Shown here: positions 1 through 12,758 of the stretch, piece by piece
Position numbering within the stretch: position 1 is the first letter of the stretch
How the letters are laid out: every line of letters starts with the position of its first letter
Assembly (NCBI RefSeq): GCF_020745735.1
Contig: NW_026867489.1
Coordinates: 486,015 to 550,014 of the forward strand
Origin: Hemiscyllium ocellatum
Lineage: Eukaryota
Direction: 5' to 3'
DNA: 64,000 nt
Notes under the pieces: model-generated
What the model was told of the DNA's origin: nothing
Seen by the model: only the letters and a program-made list of their open reading frames with translations
Databases searched by the model: none
Position numbers and translations under genes: made by a program

Positions 1-597
1 TTCAAGTTAATTGATTTTGATTAATCTTCTTGCGTTATTAATCTTTCATTCGCAATAAGGAAGCTGGCGGTCGTTGAGAAGATAATAATATTCTACCTTG
101 AGTAAAATCACATTTATTTCTTTGATTTAATTTGCAAAGACTGATAGCAATATTTTCAATGTAATTAAATGGAGAAATCCAGAATTGTGTTGGTTTCTTA
201 GATTTATGCGCTTGGAACTGCTTTTTATTCTGATTAAAAGGGAAACAGCTTGTGCTTATTTAATTGTCCCAGAAAACATGATTTGAGAGAACAACTGTAG
301 CATTAGGAGGGTAGGAGGGTAAAGGAATCGTAAGTGTAATCCATTTTTTCATAAAACAATGTCAAGGAATGCGTGGAGAGTTGATATAATGACATTAAGC
401 CACGAAGGAGATAGTTTAGCATTTCAGCCAATAGACAAAACTTTCATAGATCGGCAGTCCTTCAGCTCTGCTTGGTAAGGAAATATTCAGAGATGGAAAA
501 TAGGTCATGCTTCCCTCGAGGAAGGATCTACATCTTTCTGCGTCAAAAATGGGGAAGAGTCCTACAAGTCGCATAATTAACGTTCATTGGTTCTGTT

Positions 598-1499
598 TCA
601 CGTTCTAAAACAACTCACGAGTGTAACACAGGGACACATTAACATTTTCTTTAGTTCTTTTCGGACTTTGTTCTGCGATATTGCATAAATGAAGACGTTA
701 TTACAAGAACTAAGTAACGTGAGAAAAATGGCCATCTCTTGTAGGATGTATTGCGGGTCACTGAAATTCAGACCCGTGAAGTAACCTTCACCTGAAACAC
801 GCACATAGAGAAAACGCCCAACGTAAGTGGCCCACATGAGTAGGAAACTAAGCGAAATAGTGAAAAGTAGAATAATAGACCTCTTGCGGTTGATCATTTC
901 CTGATCTCCATGAGGTTTGGTGCATCGGAGCCTCCTCCGGGCTCTGCTGACTGCCAAGATGTGTCCTGCAGTCATGGCATTGAGTAGCAGAATGAGGAAA
1001 AACGGGAGAAATGGGGTTAAAATCTGTTCTAGCATGTCAAAGGCCTGCCAGAATGGATCAGTGTAATACGTGGACTTGACATCACAGAACCAGGACATCC
1101 CATCCAGGATGTACAAGGGTTGTGTGTTGATGTAGAGAGGGACATTCTTGATACAGCAGAGTGCGCAAACTGTTCCAATGACCAGCGATGCAGTTTTCTC
1201 TGTGCAATATTTGGTCTTCAGGCTCTGGCAGCAGATGGCCACGGAACGGTCTATTGTGAAGGCAACTGTCAACCAAACAGAGGCGTCCCGGATGGCAAAG
1301 GCCATCGTGATAATTAAACTACAGGCGGGGGTCGTGGATAGGACACTAAATCGAAAATAAATGCCACTTATCCTGTTGATAATGACTGCAACAGTTATTA
1401 CAAGGAAATCAGTCACTGCTATTGCAACAAGGTAGGAGGTAATGCAACGAGACAGTCCACACCTTCTTCGTGATAAGATTACCATCGCAACCAAGTTGG
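598..1499 (-). CDS. GPR139/GPR142-like class A GPCR #1, exon 2 (TM1-end to C-terminus; full CDS = exon 1 2929-2998 + exon 2, 323 aa)
   Basis: 298-aa ORF with seven hydrophobic segments and rhodopsin-family motifs: TM2 LVAIAVTD, TM3 FTIDRSVAICC, TM5 PFLPFFLILLLN, TM7 SSCNNVFIY. Acceptor ...ttttacag precedes 1499 on the minus strand; the phase-1 junction gives G|CC AAC TTG (A-N-L, the TM1 Asn). Confidence 0.92.
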
Positions 1500-2928
1500 C
1501 TGTAAAAAGTAAAAATAAAGATGGAATTGGTATGATGCACTGTCCAAGTCGCAGCTAATACTGCGGCAAACAATCGTGTTTCCACGTTCAGATTTTGAAC
1601 TTTGAAAGACTTTGTTAATTGTCAGCAGCACAAATTCCATTCATTGTTTCCTAATTTATTTTCTGTGCCAAAGCGTTATGCTTAAGGCAAATTAGACCAC
1701 TGGCTGAGCATGTTGTTAGCATTCAAAGCCCAATCAAATCATCAACGTTATCAAACCAGATTTGTCTGGCATTCCCAGTTGAACAATGTCGCATGAGCCG
1801 AATTTTCAAAACAAAACCATATTGTGATGATATTTTCATCCCTCTAAAATCTTGCAACCATTTCAGCTTGCAGAGTATCTCTAACTTATCATGGTATTTC
1901 TCGGGATAATGAGAGGGCACACAATCGCTTTCTCACTCTTACGAATGCCTTCCTTTGCTAAAACAAAACCTTCACATTTCGAACCCTCTTCTTCAATATT
2001 GCTGACGTTCTGTCCTGCTTTAAGATGTTCAATAAAATCTGAATCTTTAATTAAGCTATAGGCCAATTATGGACTTAGGTTGTTCTTTTTTTTTCTGTTT
2101 AAGGCTTCTGTAACATATCACATTGCACATACTACACTGGCTAAACGCTACATTCTCAGGTGTTAATTAGCAATGTTAAGAAAAGTTAACGCTATCGTTT
2201 GCACGACATTGTAATTAATATGAAATGGCAAAATCATACAAAGCTGATAAACTCTTACAGCAGAAAGGCGAAACGCAGAAAAACTAAAACATCTTACTTC
2301 TTCACCCATTTCTTACACTCAATTCCACATTGAATAAGCAAGACCATTTTAATACTGGGACTGGTGGACCGGAACTCATTCCTTAGTAACCAAGGCAGGC
2401 TCCCAAATCTCACACCATATACTGTTTCATCACTGTAATTGATTCTCTACTACAACTCATCAAATTCAATGATTGCATGTAATCATTCCAATTCTCTGCC
2501 AATAACCGGGCTGAAATGCATTCATTTTTTCCATAATATTATGCGTTCTTACTAGATGACACCAAAACTTCGAACTTGCATTCTGCAAAGTTAAAATGAA
2601 ACTTAAACTTCCATAATTTCCAGATGATTGAGCAGATAGTGGACAGGGAAGTTCTGAAATTTTGTAACTGCTATTCCATCAATGCGAGTCTTAATGAAGT
2701 GATTATTACCGTGTAATGCTCAAAACTGCAAGCGCAAGTGATGCACGATAATACACTTCATAGAGTTAGAATATCGCACAATCTATTTATATATTTTTCA
2801 ATGCAATTCAGGTTATTTACATTCAGGCAAAGCTGAATATTCAATAAATTCCGGCCGATCATGGAAGGGAGTAGATAGGTCTTGTCGAGATTTACAAAAC
2901 AAACATTACATTGTTAATTATTACTTAC

Positions 2929-2998
2929 CGGGAACCCCAATAAGAGCTATAATGGGATAAAAGATTGCAAAGAAGAGTCCATTTGGTGGCCCATGCAT
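2929..2998 (-). CDS. GPCR #1 exon 1 (MHGPPNGLFFAIFYPIIALIGVP+G)
   Basis: ATG at 2998, 23 codons + 1 nt, then GTAAGT donor (2928-2923). Phase matches exon 2. Clearly paralogous to 53233-53302. Confidence 0.88.
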
Positions 2999-3061
2999 CG
3001 TGGTCAACAAAGTAAACCAATTCTTAAGTTGTCGTAGCCTTTTCTTCCAGACGCTTGGATA

Positions 3062-3115
3062 ATCCCTCATTTATACAGAGTGAGAGTCTCCAGAGGAACA
3101 ATTAAGTTCCAACAT
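3062..3115 (-). promoter_or_regulatory. Conserved proximal upstream motif of GPCR #1 (TATA-like TATAAATGAGGGA)
   Basis: The block tgcatgttggaacttaattgttcc..gagactct..tataaatgaggga is shared with 24654-24705 and 53110-53167, about 65-120 nt upstream of each ATG. Confidence 0.5.
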
Positions 3116-3495
3116 GCACATGAGTTACATTTCAATGACAGAACAGATTATCTCAAATTATAATGTCGACAATGTGAGTAATTCCTCTGTCTGAGTACCA
3201 TACAGCTGGCTGGAAATTCTGTACTTTTCTGGTCTCATAAGCCATGACTTTATATTGCTCAATCTCTATCATGTATCATCGATGATGAGAGAGACTTTAC
3301 TTGGCCCCTATTTCAGAGCTAAAATAAATTGTCCTTTTCTTCCACATTCCAAATTATTACATGCTTTTATGTGTTTGATTGGTATATGCATTTCTTTCAT
3401 CGGTCAGGTTTTTAGCATTCATTGTTTTAATGATATGTAAACATAATCTACCAGCCTCGGAGAAAGTGAGCACTGCAGATGCTGAATATTAGAGT

Positions 3496-3656
3496 CGAAA
3501 AGTGCAGCACTGGAAAAGCACAGCAAGCCAGGCACCATCCGACAAGTAGCAGAAGCGATGTTTTGGACATTCCTGATGAAGGGCTTATGTCCGAAAAGTC
3601 GATTTTCCTGCTCCTCGGATGCTGCCTGACCTGCTGTGCTTTTCCAGTACCACTCT
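3496..3656. mobile_element. Palindromic Penelope-like terminal-repeat element (two inverted arms around a degenerate hammerhead core)
   Basis: Arm ~3506-3569 (gcactggaaaagcacagc...ttttggaca) is the reverse complement of ~3587-3651 (tgtccgaaaa...tgctgtgcttttccagtac). CTGATGA-A-GGGC-TTAT-GTCC-GAAA lies at 3573-3596. Confidence 0.7.
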
Positions 3657-3714
3657 GATATAAATACAATTCCTCGAGCATGAGTCGCTGACAGTTGCAC
3701 ACAGATTGAATAGG

Positions 3715-4272
3715 TGAGAATGAAGATAATTGGAAAGGTGACCTTTATTGCAAAAGGTATATAATTAAAAATTGGGAAATGTTGCTGCAGTTATACAAAG
3801 CATTATTGAGAGTGGGAGTATTCTTCGAATTTTGGTTCCCTCATCTGAAGAAGGATGTAGTCTTAGTAGAGGCAGTTAGATGACGTTAACTGGATTGATT
3901 CCAAAGATGATTGATTTGATTTATGCATGGAGATAACTCATGAATTGAAGCGTAATGGAATATTTAATAATTTCCTAGATGAAGTAGTTACAAAAGCATC
4001 CACGAAGCTTGGCACAATTCACTATAAAGCAGAGCACTTGACTGGCATCACGTCCACAAGCACCCAATCCCCACTGCCGAGAACTTCTACCAGCAGTGTG
4101 TGCACCTTACAAAATGCACTGCAGAAATTCATTGTTGATAATTATCCAGCAACTTTCAATCTTAACACCATTTACTTTCAGGAGGGCAAGTGCAGATATA
4201 TGAAAATGCCATCAGCAGCAAGTTCGGTTTGACGTCACTCGCCATCCAGTCTTGGAAATATATTACCATTCT
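3715..4272 (+). mobile_element. CR1/L2 LINE 3' fragments
   Basis: Degenerate RT C-terminal coding remnants (ttggttccctcatctgaagaaggatg) and the shark LINE tail cagcagtgtgtgcacc..aaatgcactgcagaaattc, which recurs at ~15000-15205 and ~23005-23130. Confidence 0.6.
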
Positions 4273-4274
4273 CC

Positions 4275-4412
4275 CAGTCCCTCCTCCCTACCTTTTATCT
4301 TAGCCTGCCTGGCACACTCTCCTCATTCCTGATGAAGGGGTCTGGCCCGAAACGTCGAATTTCCTGTGCCTGGGATGCTGCCTGACCTGCTGAGCTTTAA
4401 CCAGCAACACAT
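4275..4412 (+). mobile_element. Penelope-like terminal repeat with minimal hammerhead ribozyme motif (4325-4360)
   Basis: ATTC-CTGATGA-A-GGGGTCTGGCCC-GAAA-CGTC-GAAT, followed by the tail gatgctgcctgacctgctg. Confidence 0.7.
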
Positions 4413-4603
4413 CACATGTACTCGACAGTCTCAGGGGGATGTCGATAGTTATCAATATGATTCATTCCATAACCCTGTAGACAAGTTGAAATATTGAAAT
4501 TCCCATTCAATCAGGGATTCTTTCCAGCTTTTATTCGAAATGTGTAATCCAGAAATCATTCCATCTATTTCAGGATTCCTCGATTAATCTCAATGAATTC
4601 ACG

Positions 4604-4940
4604 TAGCATTGTGGCCCAATAGGTGGCATTGTAGACTCAGAGTGGCAGGACCGGGGTTCAGTTCCAGTCTTGCTTGAAAGTTTTCACATTCTTTCAGTTC
4701 TGCCTTTGGTTTCTTCCTGACCTCAAGTTTCCTAGCACTGGCCAAAGATGTGCAGGTTAGATGGAATTGTCATCCTAATTTGCCCAAGTGTCGAGGGATG
4801 TGCAGGTTAAGTGAATATCCATGGGATAATGCTTCCGTAAAAGTAAGGCGAAAGGGGATGAGCCTGGCCAGGATGCTTTTCAGACAGTCTGTGTGAATTT
4901 ATTTGCCTAATGAGCAGTTTCTGCACTGTAGGAATTCTAG
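4604..4940 (+). mobile_element. Degenerate HE1-like tRNA-derived SINE
   Basis: Aligns by eye to 62422-62722 (B-box-like ggttcagttcc, ccaaagatgtgcaggttag, tail tttctgcactgtagg). Confidence 0.65.
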
Positions 4941-7046
4941 GATTGACGCAACGTTGCAGATTCTGGTAATATTAAATGAGAACATAAAAATAGTGTTGAA
5001 TCAATAACAGATCTGACAGCATCTTTACAAAGAGAAAGATTTCTTTTTCATTCCAACTACTCCCCTATGGTATGCTCACTTTCCGTTTGTATTGCAGAAC
5101 CGAGTTGTCACCAGATGGTGACAATGTATCATTTTGATCAGAAGAGCGAGAAACAGATAAAGAGGCATCGACACCTTTCAAAATTAACTGACTCACCTTG
5201 GCAAAAATCCTCTAATAAGGTGATTACAACTGCATATGCGGATTCTCACAATGGAATGCATATGTCCGGACAAATGTTTATACACACATGCAACGATGTT
5301 GACACAGTAAACCACATGCACGCCGACACAGAGATAAACGTGCAAATTCACAAACATTTTTACACACGAGAGACAATATTGTGCAGGTGAAAGCCACAAA
5401 CCAATCAACACATACGTGCATACACAGGGAGGCAAAGAACACGTTACCAATTTTATAAGCACACATCGAGTCACACATATACAAACACAGATACACATTC
5501 TATACAATTTCCTCTCAAAGGCATTGTTACAAACACCACATCAAAGCAAATTAGCAGTGTTTCCAAACCTTAATAAATATAATCCCTTAAGTTTTGTATA
5601 AATTGTTAAGTACATCAATTATTGGTATTAATGTATTTCAGGATCTCAATTGCCTTGTCATTCTTTCTGAATGTGGTTCCCTGGATTTTCAAAGGTGATT
5701 TATTAAAGCTTGCAATTTACTTGCGATTAAAATTAAGATTGAGTCGAACAGTTATCACAAAGATTGCAGGAGAGATCGAATAGAAGTCTTTTTTTCAGTT
5801 GTAAGCTAGCAAATTCTAACAACAGCTAACCCTCACCTAGTCCCATTCTAACTTGATTGAATACAGTCCTCCAGTTGACGGAGCATTAACACTTTCATTT
5901 TTTTTGTCCCACTCCCGCCCAGCCACCCACCAACATTCGCTTGCAGATAGGAGTGACATCTGTTTGAGCAACAGAATTCGATTAGAATCTTTAGAAAGCC
6001 AAAAGCAAACAGACACACAAAAACACTGTACGAGATTCCGTCGGATAAACGTAAAGCAATCATTCCTTCACGTGTGTTAACATATGAAACAGCAGTTCAG
6101 TGGCATAAACGCCATAACTCAGATTTCACACGTTCAAAATGGAAAATGATCAGATTAGTTGGTGTTTGAAAATCAGTCTGAGACAAGTATTTGGAAACGA
6201 GAAGCATTTTTTTCACAATTCTCACTTCTGAAATTAATCTCTCCCATCCCTCACTTCATTCTTTTACAATATGAATCAAGTGCTAGAGGGCTGCAGTGAT
6301 ACTGGTGTTCTGTACAAGATATGAGATTGGAAGAAACTCATTTAAGCCACAGCCTAACGAATATTCTGCAGTATTGCAAGATGTGTAAGTTAACATTGCT
6401 ATGTGCCAGGTGGTGTTTTAAGACCCGTCTGTGGGGGACCTGCTCCCAGTGGACTGGACGAATCTCAAGTGCCACTAATATCCATACAATGGAAATACTT
6501 ACATTGTCAGGAAGCAAGGTGGATTTGAAACAATTGGACCACCATTTAAGAATTAACATGAATAATGAGTTAATGAATATCATCAGAAAACAATGAACAG
6601 CAATACCAATCAGAATTGAGAAAATTTGTGTTCAAGACTGAATAGTTTCTATTTTGTTATATTTCAGATGTGTTCATGCTCTATACATGCTCCTGATCGA
6701 AAAGTATTCTGATGAAACATATCTGGATAAAAGCCGCAACCAAAGGGAATATAAATAGACAGTAGAAGTCGATAAAGAGGTCGACAATCCGTTTCATAGA
6801 CAAATAACGATGACAAAATGACCAAATATAGATTGATATACAACAGGTTGATGCATGAAATGTATTTTAAGTATAGCTTCATGTTAAATTAAAATAAACA
6901 GATTTTTTGGTTTCTCCTTCCATGTTCCTGTTGAGATTTGTGCTTTGTTTTCGCGTTTCATGAACGAGAGTGTCACTCACGTGATGAAAGCGGGATTATT
7001 CCTTCTGTTTTCTGGCCTGGGCGCTTTCTCAACTAGAACTCAGCTA

Positions 7047-7420
7047 GGTTTTTGTACGGGGACTACTGTGCCGTACAGCAGTGTGTGTCCCATGGCACAA
7101 AAGTACACAGCACAGTTTGAGAGAAGAACCTGAGCAACATTTAAACAAAGTGTTTTCTTTCCATTGTACAAAACGGCAAACAAACTGTCTTGAAAATCTC
7201 CTGACATACCTCTTTTCCCCGTGCTGAATACTTTCACTAAATATCTCGGATTGTCTCAAGTATATGAATGTACTAGATTACAGTTCGACCAGATGCTGTG
7301 GAAAAACGACTGCTCTGCCATTCCACGACAATTAATTTGCGAATATTCTGGAATACTGCATCTTCGCCGTTTGTCTCTGCAACAAAGCACAATCTACCGA
7401 GTGTCTGGGAAACTTTATAA
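7047..7420 (-). pseudogene. TCR alpha/delta-type V pseudogene with near-consensus 23-RSS
   Basis: Minus-strand frame reads *DNPRYLVKVFSTGKRGMSGDFQDSLFAVLYNGKKTLCLNVAQVLLSNCAVYFCAMG, then CACACTG (7085-7079) / 23 nt / ACAAAAACC (7055-7047). The 5' part (KVSQT...) is frameshifted and has stops; the 5' boundary is approximate. Confidence 0.85.
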
Positions 7421-9519
7421 CTCGTGGTGCTAACGGTGAACATTTCAACAGAGACTGACCACGCAGCATGATGAATATTATCATTTAGGAGCATGGGGAA
7501 CACATGCCGCTTTTTCCAGTTTTGCACAATAACAACAGGATCAATAAAATATTTTGGGAGCTCCAACCCGACGGGGAAGAGTAAACCCAGATTTGGGGGA
7601 CACTTTGCTTCGAGGAAAACCATGGGGCGTTTCCTAAGAAACAGGATTGGTTGATACCTCCGAGTGGACAAAGTTTGTAACCAATCACTGTTTCTTCAGA
7701 CAAATTATGTTCTCTGGCTGTTTGCCTTTCTCTCCGTATCTGCTTCCCTATCTTTCTCTGTATCTGCAGCCTCCCCTTCTTTTCAGTGACGGTCTGACTC
7801 TCTCAATCCAATGTGCTTTCTGCATCTCAAATTACACATTCACTATGAATATACATTTCTTCTACTGTATCGCTGGAAACGCAAAGCGCTGAAATCAATA
7901 TTTTCCAACTGTTCCATTTTGATCAGTACACCAAAACTCTCCATGACTAACAACATTTACAAGAAGCTGAATATGATCATCTCACCTCTGACTAAAGATG
8001 ACCGTGAAAGCTACTGCACCAAAAATTCCCAGATTATAAAAAGAGTGTGAATCAGTTTCATTTCTGCATATTTTCTTTCTGCAGACAATGAAGTTCCAAA
8101 TATTATCGGGAATTGGGTGTTTTAATTTAAATAAAACCAACAGATATTGACAGATATGACAGGGTGATTAAGTGAAAAGAAGGCGAAATTAAGGTTTCAA
8201 TTTGGAGTCGATATTATTTCTGCCTTTATGTTTGTCTGGACTGACAGGAATATTAACAAAAATAATGACGCACATTTATTCAAGAGAAAATTGCATCAAC
8301 TTGCGATTTTATATATTTAGCAGGCAAGGGCGATTTCCCTCATATTATGAGAAGAGGGATCTATATCCTCAAGATTTTATATTCACTCCAGATGATCCAG
8401 CGACGTTAACGTCAAGGATACGTTGCCAGGCCAGAAAAAAAAACACACGAGATGGACTAATAATCTGGTTGACTGATCTGGATTCTAATCATGGAATGCA
8501 GGTATTTGCATTTACTTATTCAAAAAAAAAGCAATTGCAATTAGCGCTAGTATTTGACCGGAGTACCAAATTGTAATAAAACATGTTGTGTTGGAAAAGA
8601 AACCTGTTACTTTCTTTTATTTAGTTTGGGTTTAAGTTTTTTTGCGTACAAAGTTAAATATGAATTTCCCTCGAAATTTACCTTATTCTTTATGTAGCGA
8701 TGCAGATCTTTAATTGAAACAGAACAGTGCGGATGAAAGCAGATTGACATTTTCAGAATGTCATTTTGACAGTTTGTTTCATGCATTCATTCGCATAATA
8801 TAAGTATTATTTAACCTTTACTCTTTTAACAACTGAAATAGTATTACTTAGCAACGGCATTGGTTAAAAATACAACGGTTTTATTTCACAGAAGATTCAT
8901 TTGTCGTATTGTACTGTGCAAGGAATCCCTGCTGTTGAAGTATGTGACACAATGTTACACACATCAGAAGGTCAGCAGTAAAGCAGGGAGCGAAACAAAC
9001 TCTTCATGCGGCTACACAGAGCAGAATGTGGAATGGAAGACAAAATCAAGTCTGAGAACCATAATGATTTGGAAGAGCAGATGGATTGGGGCTCACATAA
9101 TGTGGAGAATAAAGAAGCAAAAGGGATAAGTTGAGCGACAGAGGCACGGTCATAAATTTGTCATCCGAAACACAAGATCGCAAAACGGGAGGCCATCAGG
9201 AAGGATGGGGCAGATTCAGAAAAATCGGGCAGTAAACGAAATTGAAGGAGTTTTCATACAATCATGAATAGGGAGACCGTGAATGCAATGAAGCAATCTG
9301 CAAACTGAGAGAAATGCAACTGAAATAACACAACGGTTTGGAGGGAAAGGAGATTATATGGTGAAGGATCGAGAGAAACAAACAATAGACGTGGCGACGA
9401 AGCAAGAAGCTGATTGGATCCATGTCTCGAGATGGAAGGCAGATAAACCAAAGACAAAAAAAAACTAGGCAAAATTTCCCAATGTTTCGAAAGGGGCAAT
9501 ATGTATTAAAACAAAATGA

Positions 9520-10070
9520 CCTGAAATTTCTGTACCTCAATGCGAGTTATATTTTAATAATTTGGAAGACCTAGCCGTCTAAATATGCAATGATGCATAT
9601 GATGTCATTGGGATCACAGAAACCGGGCTCCAGGTTGACGAAGGATGTGAACTCAACATCAAAGGTTATATATATTTTAAAGAAAATACAGACAGAGAGG
9701 AATGGAAGCCCAGGTAGAGCTGCTGTTTAAGGATTCGACTAACACAATACTAAAACAGGACATTAGCCTGAACAATGTGGAGGATGAATGGGTGGAGATG
9801 CGGAACAACAAAGTGAAACTGCGTTTTGTGCAGACCGCCAAGTAAGAGTTGTGACGTTGGGAACGGTACCAAATAGGAAATTGGAGATGAATGTGTATGT
9901 CTACGAAGGAACGAACTAGACTGCAAGTCATCTTACACTGTGTATTGTGTAGCGAGACAGGATTATTTGGCAACATTGCTGAGCGAGATCCTTTGGAGAA
10001 TTGTATCCATAAGAAAGTAGAAGTCTTTATTAAGACAACTGGGATTCTGGATTTCATTTTGACTTCACCA
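9520..10070 (+). mobile_element. CR1 LINE ORF2 AP-endonuclease remnant
   Basis: LKFLYLNA...YDVIGITETGLQ...ELNIKGY, with stops and frameshifts. Confidence 0.7.
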
Positions 10071-10229
10071 CGTTCACAATGTGAACCAAACCCGTTTCGT
10101 TTAGCTTTATTTGTTAAATTCTCTGTCACAATATTCTCACAACTTCCCTCCTCCACTGGCACTGCCTTCCATTTCATGTCTGACAGTTGGATAGGCAATT
10201 CTACGGCCATTATCAAATTGTAATTACTT

Positions 10230-10430
10230 CATCAGGACTTCCAATATCCTTTCTCCCAGGTAGTCGACAACCCATACCCCTACTTTCCCAGATTAACATA
10301 GATCTTTCCCCCTCTACACTTCATTTCAGCTCTAATGAAGAGTCATCTAGATTCGAAATCTCAGCTTGCTCTCTCTGTCAGTAGATGCTGTCTGACTCGC
10401 TGTGATTTCGAAAATTCATTGTTTTCCGTA
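10230..10430 (+). mobile_element. Penelope-like terminal repeat (hammerhead core mutated: CTAATGA..GAAA)
   Basis: cagCTAATGA-A-GAGTC-atcta-GATTC-GAAA...gatgctgtctgactcgctgtg. Confidence 0.55.
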
Positions 10431-10922
10431 TCAATTTCTATGTCGCTTTTCAGTGGAGATGTTAAAAAGATCCCCTTTTGCCTTTCTAAATCTCGCAAAC
10501 AAATCAGATGATCATTTGCATTAATTTGGATCTCGTCTGAAGATCGATTTCTATCACAATTTTTACGACACAACTGGAACCACGAATCAACTGCTTTCAC
10601 TGATGTTGAAACTGTCATGATGACCAACGTCGCTGCCCCTGATTCTTACGAAAATATGTGCACGAATCAACATCGTAGGCTTACTCAGGTGACCAGTATT
10701 GTTATTTTAGTTGTTGTAATTATTGTAACTAAATAGTTTGTATAGCTGTTTCATTCTTGTCTGTTACCCGCTGGCAATGTACATTCTCATTGACAAAATG
10801 TAGGAGTCAACTTTCCCATTAATATTTAACACTAACCCGAAGGGAAACGTGGATTAAAAGTAATTTGGAAAGCTTTGAATGCTGCTGTTGAAGTGGATAC
10901 TTTGTTGAAAAAATTGAATAAC

Positions 10923-11809
10923 TCATTTAATTTGCCTAAATGGGCAAAGCAGCATACTCTTGAACTGCTCTCTGAATTTAGCTTGAGATACAACATAAAT
11001 ACAAGTATTTGTGCAACAACTCAGCATCTGGAGCATAAATCCAATTTCCTGTACGAAGTATGGTAATAATATAGCCTCATAACCCAACCAATACATTCGG
11101 TACCAAATAAAATACAGCATGAAAGTTGTCCATAACAGGATAAAATTCCCTGAGATAAAAAATAGTAAAACTATCGATTTTCTTCGCATCTCCATCTCTG
11201 GGTCATTTGCATTGTTCTCACCGCTCTGACGACGCAGTCTCCTCCTGGCTTTGCTTGTCACCAAAATATGCCTGATGGTTAAAGAATTAAACAGGAGAAT
11301 GAGGGAAAATGGAATTGCAGGTGTTAGAATGTGATGAACGAACTCTATTGAAGCCCAAATAAGAGATTCAAGAACTTCCATTGTTCCACCACAAAACCAG
11401 GGGATGTTCTCAAGCCAGTACTCATCCATTAGCACGAAAAACCAGAAAATGTTTTTGATGCAGCTCAATAAAGTCACTATCCCTAGAACAACTAGCGCTG
11501 TCTTCTTGGTGCAGTATTTATATTTCAGCTTCTGGCAACAAATGGCCACAAATCTATCAAATGTGAAAGTGATAGTGAACCAGACGGAACAATCAGTGAC
11601 TACGTAAACCAGGAAAGCATGGATATTGCACACGCGGACGGAATACAGGAAAGTAAACTGTGATTCGTAAGCAATAGGAATATGCCTCAATATTAGGTCA
11701 AGAACTACGACCAGTAGATCTGTTGATGCCATCGCTAAAAGGTATTGGGTGATACATTTGGAGAGGCCGCACTTGCCACGGGACAATATCAAAATTGTCA
11801 GTATGTTAA
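10923..11809 (-). CDS. GPR139/GPR142-like GPCR #2, exon 2 (divergent subtype; full CDS 327 aa with exon 1 15417-15513)
   Basis: 289-aa ORF with LLAMASTD, TFDRFVAICC, PAIPFSLILLFN and SCCTNTCIY. Acceptor tttctttgcag precedes 11809, giving G|TT AAC ATA (V-N-I). Confidence 0.92.
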
Positions 11810-12679
11810 CTGCAAAGAAAAGTAAAGAAAAACAAGCTATAAATCAACTTGGAAGCTCACTTACCAGTTTCACCGAGTACTTGTTAAGATTTGTTCTGCA
11901 TTAATGTGAACAGCAAAGGATTAACATGCCTACACGTTTTACAACACTTTTTGTCGGCAAAATAATTCATCTTTTAACAAAACCTATCATATTATGCAAA
12001 GCATTATCAACACGATCTCGCACAGAATTAATAGCACTTCAGGTAATCACGTAAAATGCATAATTACAGCCTCCAGTAGTAGGAAAAGGAGAGGTAAGAC
12101 TTTCAGAAACGATCTGCAACAAATGAGAGGAACCACAGCATAAGAAGTTGCAATGAACTCAGTGAAAACGTTCAGAACGTGTTGCGTAGCTACAATGTGA
12201 CATCCAAAAAGTTCACACATGTGATCATTACTCATTGATTACCAGAGAGTTAAGAAGATTTATTACGCAATGCATTGACACTGGACTATTGTGAGAAACC
12301 AATGCAAATCCTGCTTCACATCATTATTCATCACTTCTGGATTAATGAGGGAAAATAATGTCATGTAATTATTTTAGTTTCCCCTGTTAATTTCTTAGAA
12401 ACTCTCGGTTTATTATGTGATATTAATCCTAATTCCAGTTCTAATATCTCGCCATTGAGCATGACTTGGAATGGCAGAAGCAAGCAGGATTCCTGCTGTT
12501 GAACACTGTCCAGTCATAGCGACTTATTGGGCAAATCAACGTAATCTCTTCTCTTAATCATTCCGCAAAGTCTGTAGGTTATTGTTCGAAAATCATCTTA
12601 TGTTTGCAAAGTTGGACAGTGACTTGGTTTTGTTTCCAGTGAATCAACCCAGATTTATGTTCAGGATAATTAGACTGTG

Positions 12680-12682
<3 letters not shown>

Positions 12683-12756
<74 letters not shown>
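12683..12756 (+). repeat. (GT)~37 microsatellite
   Basis: Perfect dinucleotide run inside the GPCR #2 intron. Confidence 0.98.

Positions 12757-12758
<2 letters not shown>

Noticed and set aside
5193-5507. Cys/Val-rich ORFs (also 28814-29121, 31637-31825, 61442-61810)
   Set aside because: Translations of degenerate (CA)/(TG) microsatellite sequence.
8930-9129. ORF fragment YVTQ...AGSETNSSCGYTEQNVEW resembling a V-domain N-terminus
   Set aside because: Cys-Trp spacing is too short, and there is no DxAxYxC, RSS or acceptor.
11859-11900. GTAAGT donor just upstream of GPCR #2 exon 2, as a candidate exon 1
   Set aside because: It would give a 55-nt intron and has an in-frame TAA. The exon at 15417-15513 has the family YYPxLAAxGIP motif and the correct phase.
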